64,000 nucleotides of DNA from the NCBI GenBank assembly GCA_002633005.1, contig NMRA01000440.1, positions 14,613 to 78,612 on the forward strand, written 5' to 3'. This DNA comes from Phoronis australis. Lineage: Eukaryota > Animalia > Phoronida. The notes under the pieces were generated by a model. It was not told the origin of the DNA. It searched no databases and saw nothing but the letters and a program-made list of their open reading frames with translations. The translations under genes were made by a program, and so were the position numbers. How positions within the stretch are numbered: position 1 is the stretch's first letter; every line of letters begins with the position of its first letter. Below are positions 13,143 to 26,000 of this stretch, one piece after another.

Positions 13143-14489
13143 CTGAAAGATAGGCAAAAATAACATTGACTAAAGGGGTATTTTGGTAAGTGGAACGTGC
13201 AAGTTGTCATGCGCGGTGAATTCCACAAGGGCTTTCGAAACCCAACACATTCCGTGGTGCATGTGGCCTGTTGCCAGTCTGATAGTAACATTTTCACCAA
13301 AATTCTGAGGTTCTAAGGTGATCCCTATGTGTGTCACGGTGATGTACTGAGGTCATTCTGTTGGCAATTTTTGTTCTCCTGTCAGCTAAGAGAAAAAGTC
13401 AGCATGTAAACATGCTCGAATGCGGCAACATATTCATTTGCTATAAATTGAAGAAAAGTAAGTAAATGTTAAAGAGTTTTAGAAATAAATTCGGGTTAAC
13501 GGCAACACCGCCTACCAGAGAGATAGACTAACGAGCTCTGGCTTGATGGTCACTGGAAAGTAGGCCCTACACTTGGCAGCACGCTTGTACAATCCAACCA
13601 ATCGCGTGCAAGATTTTGATGTAGTCCGCAACTGGCGGTCTTTTGAAAGAAAGACAACATCCGGTTTATCATTCAGACCGACCAATTCAACGATTCATAA
13701 CCACGTATCTGGCTTTCACATTTATTTTCGTTTGAAGCTCTCGGGTTGGGTGAGTGTAATACGACAATAGTCGTGTAACTAATAGCTCTAACTCTGTGTA
13801 GCGCTGTAACAGTGTTACTGGAACTCTAAAATGTCTGTCACTGTCACTGTCAGACTAGCTGTATGAAGACTGTCGTCAAAATACAGTTAGGTACCACTGT
13901 GTGTATTTCTTCCGTAGACGACGGAATGGCACACAGCCAGGGTAGTACTTCTCATCACCTCGCCCTGAAACTTGTATCAACATGTGAAGCTAAAGACCGG
14001 ACGGGGTACATGCGAAATCTGGGAATCAACCGACACTCACCTTGCCCGTTACAGCCGTTTAAGTGAAAAACAATGCAATGAACATCATTTTCTTGCGTAA
14101 CTCTCCGCCTTTTCTAACAGTGAAAAGTATATCATCGTTTTGAAAACAGTACACTCGTGTTACGCACACGCGCCATTTCCTAAATTTTGCGACATCTCTC
14201 AGGAGATGGTGATAGCTTAGCAGCAGCAAAATTTCTTTTGAAATTAGTTTTTTCGGTATCAAAATTCTAAAAACTTATAATGAAGGGAAACCAGTTCGGA
14301 TAATTTGTTGTGACATGTATGCAACCTCATGAAATCATGGTCCAGTGCAGATTCATCAACACATTTTTGCAGATATGTTTTTGGGTCAAAAAATGAGGTG
14401 TACATTTGGCATGTGTTAACTAAGTTCAGTAAGGACATCTTCTATTAATTATCAGGATCTTTTCACTAACTTCGTTGTCCCTCAACTAA

Positions 14490-14590
14490 ACAACTGTGGT
14501 AATAGCCGAGATTATCCGACCCGGGAATCGAACCAGCAACCCCCATAAAACTGGCAAGCGTGCTAACCATTCAGCTAATAGGCAATTGCC
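14490..14590 (-). mobile_element. tRNA-derived SINE head
   Basis: Minus strand reads TAGCTGAATGG (A box) ... GGTTCGATTCCCGG (B box) at tRNA-like spacing, but no intact cloverleaf or anticodon arm. 14558-14648 is repeated at 14650-14740 across a single N. Confidence 0.65.
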
Positions 14591-15964
14591 CGTTAGCAAG
14601 TAGCTAACAGAGGCTCATATGATTCACCAGAAGCACATCTACAACAACNGCGTGCTAACCATTCAGCTAATAGGCAATTGCCCGTTAGCAAGTAGCTAAC
14701 AGAGGCTCATATGATTCACCAGAAGCACATCTACAACAACCACGACTTTAGGGCCTCATTCAAAATGGCCGGCGATATCAGCGACCGTTTCAAAACTCTG
14801 GTTACGGAGACAAACAAGTATTAAGCTTGTCAAAACACGTATATTTGTGAAGTCTGATATATGTCCATGACATCACATGAGCAGTTGCTAACGGACATTG
14901 GGTAGTACAACAATCAACTGCTTATTATGGGTGGGTGTATGAAGAGAAGAATAAAAACTTTGCTAACCACAATTTTACATATACCCGTTTTGTTGCAATA
15001 GTTGGCTACGGGCATAGATCATTGGGCGTAGGGAACATCGGAACAGGAAAGTGTCAGTTCTGGGCTATATCGGTCCCGGGGAATATTGTAAAGCATCGGG
15101 TCTTTCTTAACCGCCGGGAATCCATTAAGTTCATTGTCAAATAAACCATTGGCACCCGGGTGCTTAACAGAGCCAAGCTGGTATACTCTTTCATTTAGGG
15201 CTGTTGCTGTTCTCTTTTGATGTGCAGCTTTGGAATCCCGCGTGAGTTCACATCCTTGAATCAGACGACTCCCATGTTGCGCACGTAGCCCCAGAAACAA
15301 GTAAAGGGTTTGAAAATTTCTTGGAGACTCAAAAACTACTTTGCTGAAAGTAAAGACGTAGTCATCGTTTGACGATGAATAGGGTTGTCATTTTCACGAG
15401 ACTTACATTTCTAAGTCACGGTCGTCCGGTCTGCCGGGACTGCTTGCGCACTAACAACGAGACCGACCAGTGCTGCAGTGCGATATCGGGTTTTGTCGTG
15501 GTTATTTGACAATAAGGACATCTTACGTGAAAAGAAATAAGTTTTTCCACCACAAAGTTTGTCAAGTTGATTGTCTAAGAATTAGCAGAAACACCGCTAT
15601 TTTGTGGCGTTTCATCACTTGTTATGCCTTTCTTCGGCACAACCGGAAATTTTCAAAAGTAGCAGAAAATGTTAGCCAATGAAACGCAACATACTTACAA
15701 GTCATCGGGGGGGCTCTTCTCAGTCGTTTAGTGTTCTTTTGAACTTGATTCGGCAACAACCACATAACGGTCGGATTCACACGTGTTGCTTTATATTTGC
15801 CTGGTATCTGCCGAGAAGTGACTCAGCTCACATGCATTGGAAATTCTAGGACGCATTTTGCTACTTGATTCGAGCTGGCGAAAATCTCAGCTCGCATTTC
15901 CAAATTTCAGGTCACAAATGCGACCTGCAGCTTGTTATGTCGAGCCCTAACAAGACACAGCTAC

Positions 15965-16192
15965 TGTGGTGAACTCTTGCTAAAGCCTATCGAACCCCTT
16001 ATGGGCTAACTCATACATAAGAGGGCCGGGCGCTCACCTGCATTCTATATGTCCTGTCTAGTTGAGGTTCAGGTCTTCAACTAACTGCCAGCTGCAAATA
16101 CTCAACTAAAAAACCACATGGGTTACCAATATAACTGAAACGAGGCTGTCTCCTCCGAGCATAGTGACCCGGAACTTTGTGTTTTCACTACA
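15965..16192 (-). repeat. 3' LTR of the Gypsy element
   Basis: TGTGGTGAA...TTCACTACA; direct repeat of 21653-21892. Confidence 0.93.
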
Positions 16193-16416
16193 CTCCTCCC
16201 CCTTTTCTTTAAAGGTGAGGTACACACTATAAAGTCCAAAAAACAAGGAGAGACTCCTAGTGCTCAATCCTGACAACTGTACAAAAATTACAAAACTACC
16301 TTGAGATCCCACTCAAGCTAATGATCATATACCTCTTCATGAAAACTTATCAATAAACGACCAGACAGAATTTCTGTCGCCACTGAGTATTAACAGTATG
16401 AATGTACACAGTCTAA

Positions 16417-16956
16417 GGGCTGTTCCAGTAAAATCTGTATGGGAGGGGGGAAGGCACCTTTTTTTCGCACCCACCACCCATATTTTTCATTTATTTCTTC
16501 AGCCTACCACCCGTAATTTTTTATAAGTTTGAAATGCAACCACCCGTAATTTTTTTTGTTCTTGTAGTCGACTGCATAGGCGCTTGAGTTTATCTGTTCC
16601 TCCATCACCACTAACGTTATTCATTACTAAGAAAACATTATGTTTCGTATATATGGTTATTAAATGGTGTTATGGGCATGCCGATGAGGAGATCGGAGGG
16701 AGTGAAAAAGTCGGAGCTTTTTGCAAGTTGCATTTTTGTTTCAGTTTTTGATTCTGTGCGGATTGTTTATAAAATTTACTAAAATTACCCACCATCAAAC
16801 ATTTATGGCCCAATGAAACAACAACGACCTGTAAATTTTTATTTTTTTGAAGAACGACCACCAGCCATTTTGAATTTAAATCAAACGCAACCACCCATAA
16901 ATTTTTATTTCAGTTGCCTCCCCCCCCCTCCCACACACATTTTGCTGGAACAGCCC
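16417..16956. mobile_element. PIF/Harbinger-type MITE nested in the Gypsy element
   Basis: TIRs GGGCTGTTCCAG.AAAAT.TGT.TGGGAGGGGGG and its reverse complement, with TAA target duplication on both sides (16414-16416, 16957-16959). Confidence 0.85.
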
Positions 16957-17466
16957 TAAGTAAACTTAAGTTGGAATCTACTAAAAACTTCTAACAAAAA
17001 CTTCGTATGGTCCCAATTTGACCCACTTAAACTTAGATTAGGTACTAAACTACAAACTAATAAAACACGGCGAGGAGTGAACTCCTGTTGCCAATGTATA
17101 CAAAACAGCGAGGAGCAAGCTTCTAGTGCCAACCACTGCATTAGAGCAATGACTCCTTAATGGAGTCCACATAGGTGATTGAAAATCTCCAACAATCTCC
17201 AGTGTAGGAGAAGAGCTACACTGGACACCTCCACTCCTTTCTGGTACTGATCCGTCACTAAGATGTCGCAGGCCAACTTGAAATCTTGTACGTGCTGGAT
17301 TTTAGATCCGGTGATTACACGTTAGGAACACGAGGGACAATAATAATCGATGTTCGCAAAATATTGTAGCGTCTTCGGCATACACAGTAGAACGAAGCTC
17401 CGAAGCAATATCTCGTCCAGCTGCCATAAAGTCAACCTTTCGAATTGCAAACAATTCCTTGGACAC

Positions 17467-19775
17467 CTACCACAAAGGCTCTCTCTCAGCATTAGCGTGA
17501 CGTTTACGTCTCTTCTCATATGCAGTCCGTCTGCGATCAAACAAATGCTGAACATTGTCCACTTCAACTATAATCCTATCCCAGGTATCATGCAAACGAG
17601 TACAATAAGAACATCCCCCACAAGGCAAATCCTCCAACCTCACACCATGGCGGAATTCCCAGCAACTGATAGGAGTGTCCAAACGAGATAGAGCTAAAGC
17701 ATTACCATGATGACAACCCTTGCAATAATCAATCAACATGTCATACTGACTTAACTCTTCCAACCACGTGGCTAATTGACCCTCATGGTTCTTAAAATTA
17801 ATTAGCCATTGCAGACTACTATGGTCTGTACGAACCTTAAATGGTTTACCCAATAAGAAATGTCGAAACTGTCTCGTAAAACGGATAATAGCCAAAAGCT
17901 TCTTGCAGGTTGTACAGTAACGACGCTGTTCAAGAGTCAGGGAAACACTAGCACAGGCAATAATCTTCTCCTTCCCCTCCTGAATCTGCAGTAAATTACC
18001 ACCTATGGCTACATCAGAAGCATCCGTATCCAAAATAAACAAATCGTCCCTAGTGGGCAAAGCTAGAACTGGAGAACTAACTAGACATTTCTTTAAGCCC
18101 ACAAAAGCCGTCTCCTGTTCTTGAGACCAAAAGAAATCAACTTTGACTGTAAGCACATACAAAGGAGCAGCGATTTCAGCAAATTTATCAACAAACGATC
18201 GGTGGTAATTTACCGACCCCAAAAACTGCTGTACCTCTCTAACATTCGTTGGTCTAGGCCAATCGTAAATGACTTTAATATGCTCCTGATTCATAGACAA
18301 GGCATTCCCGTCAACTAAACATCCCAAAAACTTGACTTTAGAGTGGAACAGAACACACTTGGGCTTTAACTTGAAGCCAAACTCTAAGGCGTAAGAACAC
18401 CTGACGTAAATGAATGAAATGTGTCTTAACATCTTCTGACATAAGTAGAATGTCATCTAAATAAGCCAAAACCGAATGCTATAGAAGACCATTCAAAATG
18501 TGATTAATAACCCGGGAAAAAGTCGCAACTGCACCCTTGCAACCAAATGGAAGTCTGAGGAAATGAAAAGTTCCGTAACGAATGAGGAAAGCCGTTTTCT
18601 TCCTATCCTCTTTTCTCAAATTCACCTGCCAATAAGCGGAGTTACCATCCAACTTACTGAAAATGTTATTCCCAGATATAGCAGCAAAGCAATCATCGGC
18701 CAACGGCAAAGGGTAATTGCCAGTCTCAGTAATGGCATTAAGCGCCCTGAAATCAATGCAGTACCTTAGTTTGCCATCTCGTTTCCGAATAATAACGGGA
18801 TTCGAGGACCATTCAGAAACCAAAGGTTCTATAACACTAACATCTAACATTTTCTGAATATGTTCCTTCTCCTCACTGGCAAACATTTCTGGAGTATGTC
18901 ATAATCTAGTCTTACATGGAGGATTATTCCCCGTATCAATCATAGCTGTAAAATTGCCTTAGTCAAGTTCAGAAGTGGCTAACACATCCTGAAATTCAAT
19001 CAGCAATGACCACAACAACCAGGAATCATTTTTAGATAGGAGCTCCTGAGAATGATCACACAGTTCTGTCAAATGTTCTGGCAATATTGAATCATCTATC
19101 CCATTAACTTGGTTTACCTGCGGAGCTACCAACCAATTTGGCAATGTAGAGACTACCTCACCTGCTTCTGCTACTACCTGGCCTGTGGATAACGTTAAAT
19201 GGTGTTCACCAAGGTTCAGCAAAAACAAATGACAAGGACAACCCTCCGAGTACAAGGCCTCTAATACTACAAACGAATCACCGACTGACTGCACCAGGAA
19301 TTTATCCAAAGGACTATCCAAAACACCATCAATCTGAACAAATGAATTAGGTGGCAAGCTAACTCATCGACACAACTTAACTGGTACAGTCTTCCTTCAA
19401 ATCAACTTGTTTATTTATAATTGAGTATGAGAGACCATCCAACAACAGGGAGCACGATTCTAAGTCAACAGCTGGTCTATACTTATAGAGAAAATCCAAG
19501 CCCAACAACAAATCATCGACAATGGCACTAAATAAAACTGACTTTCAAAACCACTACCCTGTATATGCAATGACATACTCTCTGTGAGAGCAGATGTAAC
19601 CAATGTCTCTACCAGCCATCCTAACATCCAAATTACTAAGTAAATGAGGCTTCTGTATCCAAGATAGAAAAACTTTATCAGAAAAGAGCAACACTTGAGC
19701 TCCTTTGTCGACAACTGCCAACAACTTCTTACCATTCAACTCAACTGGAATGTGACACAACAATCCTGTTCCCAA
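17467..19775 (-). pseudogene. Gypsy pol fragments (protease, reverse transcriptase, RNase H); frameshifted, integrase largely missing
   Basis: AVVDKGAQ (degenerate DTG protease motif); KLRYCIDFRALN, FSKLD..SAYWQ, RLPFG; out-of-frame AYLDD at ~18450-18467; FLGSVNYHRSF; FILDTDASDVAIGG; TDHSSLQWL. Confidence 0.9.
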
Positions 19776-19964
19776 ATTATTAATTATCTCCTACTAGTAA
19801 TTACTAGGGGACAACAAATTCACATGACTCCTAGCAACCTTAACGTGAGACTCACAATTATCTTCATCTGTATTAGCAGAGTTGTGAACATGAACTTTGA
19901 TACAGGCCTTAACTCCTAACTTTGACTGGATCGGTTATCGACCTCTCTCCAATTCCGGACTGTT

Positions 19965-21506
19965 TTAAGGTACTTCCTCCGAGGAGTTATTGGAGACTGT
20001 CGAACAAGCCTGATCACAATGTCCATAACCTTGACAGATTCCACAACACACGGTCCTATAAGGGCAATTGTTCGACAAATGACCTTGCCCTTTGCAGTAG
20101 AAGCAGTAGCGTTGTCTTCCAGAACCGGTTTGTCTGCATTCCCTACCAATATGACCTATCTTGTTACGGTGGTAATATCTGAATTTGCCTTTACTACTGT
20201 TAGGTATTTTAGAAGTAGTATAACCCTCCTGATCTGAAACTGCCTTATCAACCTTGGTTTTTGAGGGTTGACTATGCTCTTGAACCTGCCGTACCACAAA
20301 GTTACCTTGACGAGGTCCAAAAACAGCACGTTTACTGTGACGTTGCCAGTGGGCCCTCTGCACCTCCTCGTTCATTGATAAGGGGAGAGGATTTGACAAA
20401 GAGAACACCAAATCCTTATCACTCAACCCATGACAGAATCTTGTTACAGCCTGAACGTGGGCATAACCTTCCCCTGCATCAGCAAAAGCTCTAGTGGCTA
20501 AGTCCAAAATCCTATCAACCCATTCAAAATCAGAGTCTTGGGGTTCTTGTCTAGCACTTTGGAATTCCAATTTATGCGCTTCAGGCAAAAAGGATTTCCC
20601 AAACCTATGCTGTAGACATGACTTAGCATGATCAAATGTTAACGTCGGTTTCATCAATGAAGACAGGTATTCCTCGGCCTTTTCATGCATACACAGCAGC
20701 AATAAATTGACTTGATTTTCAGGGGACACATGATGCTGACGAAGGAATATCTCAAATTTGGTCACAAAGCCGACCAACTAGTCTTACCATTATAAGACAG
20801 AGTCTTCAAAGGATCTCTCCAACCAGAACTAGTTCTAGGCAACCGAAACTGTGTCAAAGGATTGACCTCTTCATATTGATTATTCATGCGAACAACATTC
20901 GGTTCTGATATCACTGAGGGACTAGCCCTATACGAACCTGGATTAGCAGCTGAACTATTCACCCTTGGTGGAATGCCAAACCTATCTGCATAAGGAGTAA
21001 AAATCTCCTGGGGTTCAGTTATAATATCTTGTACAGAATGAGGTACCGGTTTCATCAACTGACTTGATATCAGCTACTTTAGTAGTTGTGGAAAACGTAG
21101 TCACACATGGGGCCGATTTCCCTGAAACTCTACCTGCAACAGTGAAAACTGGCTTATGCTCCAGAACTTTCTTTGGCTTACTAGCATTCACCGCTCTCTC
21201 ATCCCCTTCCTTAAAAGCAGAAGACGATCTCCTAGTAACAGCGGAAACTGGTTGCGCCACTACAGGAGAAGATTGAACAACTCCTAGCCTCGAAGGCAAG
21301 TCAAACCTTTCACTGCTAGACATTTCAGGCGCAAACCTCTCTAAGGAAGGCATAGAATCACATTCGCCGACTTCATTGATAGTAATTCTTTCTGAACAAG
21401 TTGTTACAATTTGAGACAACTCAAACTTGTCCATTAAATCTTTGGCAGCCACAGTAATGGCAAACACAAAGTCCTGGATGAGACTAGATGCCAATATGAA
21501 AAACAC
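19965..21506 (-). pseudogene. Gypsy gag, frameshifted, with zinc knuckles
   Basis: LSYNGKTSWSA|FVTKFE capsid-like start, and C-terminal CFYCKGQGHLSNNC, CGICQGYGHCDQAC and a degenerate YHRNKIGHIGREC knuckle. Confidence 0.85.
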
Positions 21507-21652
21507 GTGTAATTGCTCCAGAACACCCCAAATAATACGTGGAGTGACAGGGGAGACCCCTCAACGAGCTTAAACCAAAATAAGCGAAGTGACCAAAACA
21601 AATGCCAGAAAGCCAACAAAGTAAGGAACTTATTTTATGTTGGTCGCCAAAG

Positions 21653-21892
21653 TGTGGTGAACTCTTACTAAAGCCTATCGGACCCCTTATGGGCTATCTC
21701 ATACATGAGAGGGCTGGGCGCTCACCTGCATTCTTGCTTCGTTTCTATACGTCCTGTGTAGTTGAGGGCCAGGTCTTCAACTAACTGCCAGCTGCAAATA
21801 CTCAACTAAAAAACCACGAGGGTTACCCATATAACTGAAACGAGGCTGTCTTCTCTGAGCATAGTGACCCGGAACTTCGGGTTTTCACTATG
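21653..21892 (-). repeat. 5' LTR of the Gypsy element
   Basis: Direct repeat of 15965-16192, with a 12-bp indel and about 18 substitutions by manual alignment. Confidence 0.93.
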
Positions 21893-22899
21893 CTACCTAG
21901 CTGTAAGTTGTCGATAGTCCTCATACAGCAAGTTGGCTTTCTACCTTAGTATATACATTTATGATGTGACTTTTGTAAATACATTGTATAGTTTGTGTAG
22001 AATGGCAGTATTTTTAATGCTTCCTTAGTTTTCACTTTAAAGAATAGCTGATTACCATACATTATGTTATGACAGGGTCAAATCTGGAAAGAAAAAATAC
22101 TTGTACTTCTTGGGGAAAGAATCTCGCAGCCCCACACCCTGCCTTAATCTGATTGAAACTTTCAAATAGAACGGTCTCTTCAGGAGATATCCCTGTCTCT
22201 TCCCCTCGGCATTTCCCATACACTAGCTGCTACTGATCATGCTTAAGCACTGTTAACAGCTAAATTATACATATACATATATATGTGTGTATGTGTGTGT
22301 GTTGTACTTGGGTAGCAAAACTTGTTAAAGACACTACTCTTGTGGTTGTTGACTATCTTTATTTTATTCCATCCATATCCTCAGAACAAAGTTTGACATT
22401 CAACATAACTTTGGGAAAGTAAGTAACTGACGATGGGACATGATTAAAAGACGTGATATTTCAAAACATACCTGTTTCATTATCAAGTGGAAATAAAATG
22501 ACGCAGTAATACCACCACTGAGCAAAGGCTAATTACATGCACAGTGGGGCCTGCCAGGAGTGAAATACTGCAAAGAATGACAAAGGAAGGGGGTAACAGG
22601 AAAGTCACGCAAACAAGCGTAGCGTGTGTCGCAACTCTGTTTGCTGCTCATTCAAAACACGCTTCTCGAATGCAATCAAAAGGGACTCCAGTACTTTCAA
22701 TCCCAGCACATCGTGCTCTACGTACCGAATTGGCGCGTTTTCCACAATTTCGTGACGAGTGATTTTGCGTTCATGATGGTGCCATTTTGAAGATGCATAG
22801 ATAATGAAGGGAAAGACAGCAAACTGCTTGACCAATGTATCATTTCTTGATATTTAAACAAAGACATTCTTTCATATTGCAAGCAAGCTCGTAAACAAC

Positions 22900-22914
22900 A
22901 TTGCTCTGGGCAAC
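22900..22914. promoter_or_regulatory. RFX X-box upstream of CCDC34
   Basis: ATTGCTCTGGGCAAC (reverse complement GTTGCCCAGAGCAAT), ~150 bp before the CCDC34 ATG. Confidence 0.5.
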
Positions 22915-23061
22915 GGTGTGGACTTTCGCTTTAGAAGTGTTATTTTTCATGACGAAGTTGGAGGACTTCCTATTCGACAATTAATAATAATAACATTGAG
23001 GTAATCTCAGGGCTTATGTCACTTGTTTGACTATTTCAGTAGCGTCATAGTCTGTAAAGGT

Positions 23062-26000
23062 ATGAGTGCTGCACCACGTCCTGTGACGGCAACAGTGACC
23101 AAAGGGCGTAGCAGGCGAGAAGAGGCTCTCCAGCAAAGTCTACATGAACTCTCGCGGCCACTCGATTCAAGCAGTGATTCTACGACATCGCTCTGTTCTG
23201 TTCTTGATCATGATAGTTATGAGAGTGTTTCAACGGGATCGTCAGGAGACGAAAGTAAAGGGTCTGTAGACAGGCACAGGGTCTTTTTCAAAGCTCTGAT
23301 TTCCTAAGAATTTAGTAAACTTCAAACCAAAGCCAATGGAAAATTTAATGAGATTTAACTATTATTAATTTAACTATTTATTTTATGATGTATTTTTGTG
23401 AATATTTACTGTTATCCTAATTTTTTGTAGCCATTTCGGTACTCTTGGAGAATGAAATTTATATTCTGGAAAACTCAAAGAAAATGAAATAATACCTTCA
23501 AAAATAAATCAGTGGAAAATGCAGTATGAGTTTAATCATTAAGATGGTCTGATTTATTATGGGGCAATTCCATTTGTGACAGATGTACAATCAGAGAACA
23601 TTTTGATCAATTGAGAAAAAAATGTTCATCCTAAGAAAATAATTAATACATCAATTGTTAGGTCTCATTGATAGCTTTCAAAGTCTGTATCAACTTTTCT
23701 CTTATCTTTTTATCTTACTGAGAAAATTGCCTTTAAAGGGGTGTGACGGATATTTGTAGAGATTTTGAATTTGTGAAAAAAAATTATCGTTAATTTTCTG
23801 TTTTATATAATGATTTAGTGGAATGTTTGCAAAGTACAACAAACTAATTTTTTAGTGATATCTTCTAAAAAAATTTTGTCAGACAGCTCGATGTTAGTCG
23901 AGTGAGTGTGACGGACGTATGCTCTGAATTTCTAGTCTTAAATTGTTTGTTGTTAGTAATTCAAATTTTTGCAGCATTTAAGTCATATTGGTGTCTTTCT
24001 TGTGATTCAATGGTTTTAATCGAAATGCACCAATTGACCTTTTGCTCGAAATCCACACAGCTGGCCTGTGCTGGAAATGTGCTCTAGGCTTTTGACTTTT
24101 CAATGCATTTGATTAAAGATATAAACAACCTAAAATGCTTACATCTCTTCAAAGATGGTAAGTAATATAGATGGAGAGTGGTAATCATTTTGTATTTAAC
24201 ACCTGTTGGTTGAAAACTGTTTTTATTCATTAAGTAGAATACTAAATTCAAAACTGATAAGCAAAGTTGGCTGTCAAAATATTTAAATTTTGAAATAAAC
24301 TTTAAAACATGATTAATCATCATTGCGATAAAAACACTTTAATTATTTGTTTCTTAAATCAGAACTCTCCCTAAGCTTGTACAAACTTATTCTCTGGTCC
24401 ATATTGTCGATGGTTCTGATGCATGCCCTTGTAAATAATAAAGGTGATATTTTAAAAGTATGAGTAACAGGACTTCAGTATCTCTTTATAACAAAGTGTG
24501 AAGCAGACTAATTTGTTCAGCATGGTTCAGTTGACAGTGTGACTTATGGCGTTCATAAAGTTGTTTAAAACACTGTGCTGTCTTCTAGTGTAAAACAAGA
24601 CATTTAATTACATGACGTTTAGGATTATGATTTAGGAATGTGCGGAGCTGGTCTTTATTTAGGGATTAGCACCATTAGGTTTTCATCCAGCTTTCAAACT
24701 CGTGTCTTTTCAATTTTAGAAAGTGGCGTAAAATAATAACACATCACAGTTCACATAGGTACAATTATGAATTTCTTGAGTCACATTGTAATTTTTTCAA
24801 GTTTCAGAGAATATTCGGGCAGATATTTATTCTTCCTCCGGTTGCATCTTCCGGTGGTCTCCAACAATTTCCTCTTTCATTTCTAAATGCTAGTATAATC
24901 TTCTCGAAGCTCAGAAGAAAAAACTGATCAAATTCTAAAAAGATTGTGAGATCAAGGTTCTTGTTTTGACAAAAATATGTAAGACAAGGCGATGTAATCA
25001 TTTGTTATAAAATCATTTCCTGCAAGACACACAAGACAGTGTACTGTCTGGTATTACACAATTAGAGTGACTACAGTCAGTGAAGGGCTGACAAAAATGC
25101 TCTATAAAGTAGGTCACAGGCTGCTAACTGCAAAAATGTAGAGCATTAGCTTTTTCAACACAAACAAAGTAAAGCAATCCAGAGCAGAAATAACGCATTG
25201 ATCCCAGCACAACAGCAACTTGACATGTATTCTTTTAGGTCTCTTGTTATTTAAACTCTAGAGCACCTCAGGAATTGTTTCATATGAATATTTTTGCATC
25301 TTGGATTTCCAAAAGTTAAGAATTTCTTTACCAACACAGGGCAGCAACGGAAAAATAACAAGTTCATTAAATTGAAATTTTGTTTCATTTCCATTTTATA
25401 ATGTGGTTCAACTATCTAATTTTAGCAAGTTGAATTTTCACTGTAAACTATATCTTTCCAACAAATACTTTTGAACTTGAAAAAGTCCAATGCATCTAAT
25501 TTAAAACTGTGGCAACTTCACAACTTGATTTTAAAGCTGTCCTTGTATTATTGAATTGCTTAAAGGTTCTTAGTTATGAGGAATATTTTATCTTCTGCAA
25601 GTTTAGAAAGTAAAAATAAGACCTAAGGTTTTTCTGTTGGCTGAAAATTGTAATTTCATGGGTGTGACGGACAAAATTTGCCGAACATCTGTCGCGCAAT
25701 TTCTGACTTACTGAATGATCCCTGGGATCTAAAATTTTGGTCAATATAATTGAGCAACAAATTACCAGAGAATCTGAAATTATATTAATTTTGATTGAAA
25801 ACTGTAAATGTAAATTTTTAGCATTTTTTGTGACGGACGTATGGCGGAGTTGACCTTTGCCCCTAGAGGTCAGTCATATGCAACTGTTGAAATGTTATTT
25901 TTATAAAGTTTGTGCTTCATGTGATTGCACAAATTTGATAATATAGTAAAATACCCGTAGTAAGCTTTTTTATGGCAATAATTAACAATGCACATGAAAA

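Larger units (their letters stand above)
15965..21892 (-). mobile_element. Ty3/Gypsy LTR retrotransposon, full length but decayed
   Basis: LTRs at 15965-16192 (3') and 21653-21892 (5'). 4-bp TSD CTAC at 15961-15964 and 21893-21896. Polypurine tract next to the 3' LTR (CTCCTCCCCC on +) and PBS-like TGGCGACCAAC next to the 5' LTR. Gene order gag-PR-RT-RNaseH, with stops and frameshifts. Confidence 0.95.

Noticed and set aside
14490-14590. tRNA gene
   Set aside because: A and B boxes are present, but there is no acceptor-stem or anticodon-arm pairing; it fits a SINE head.
14558-14740. 91-bp direct repeat
   Set aside because: An identical duplication either side of a single N, typical of a contig-overlap artefact.
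15019-15300. 93-aa minus-strand ORF as an upstream HIBADH-like exon or separate gene
   Set aside because: No recognisable motif and no convincing splice sites giving an in-frame join.
17322-21276. Short plus-strand and alternative-frame ORFs within the Gypsy element
   Set aside because: They are shadow ORFs of gag/pol with no independent motifs.
23262-23275. Non-canonical GC-AG intron in CCDC34
   Set aside because: A canonical GT donor of the same phase exists at 23262, so the GC donor at 23274 is not required; this cannot be decided without transcripts.
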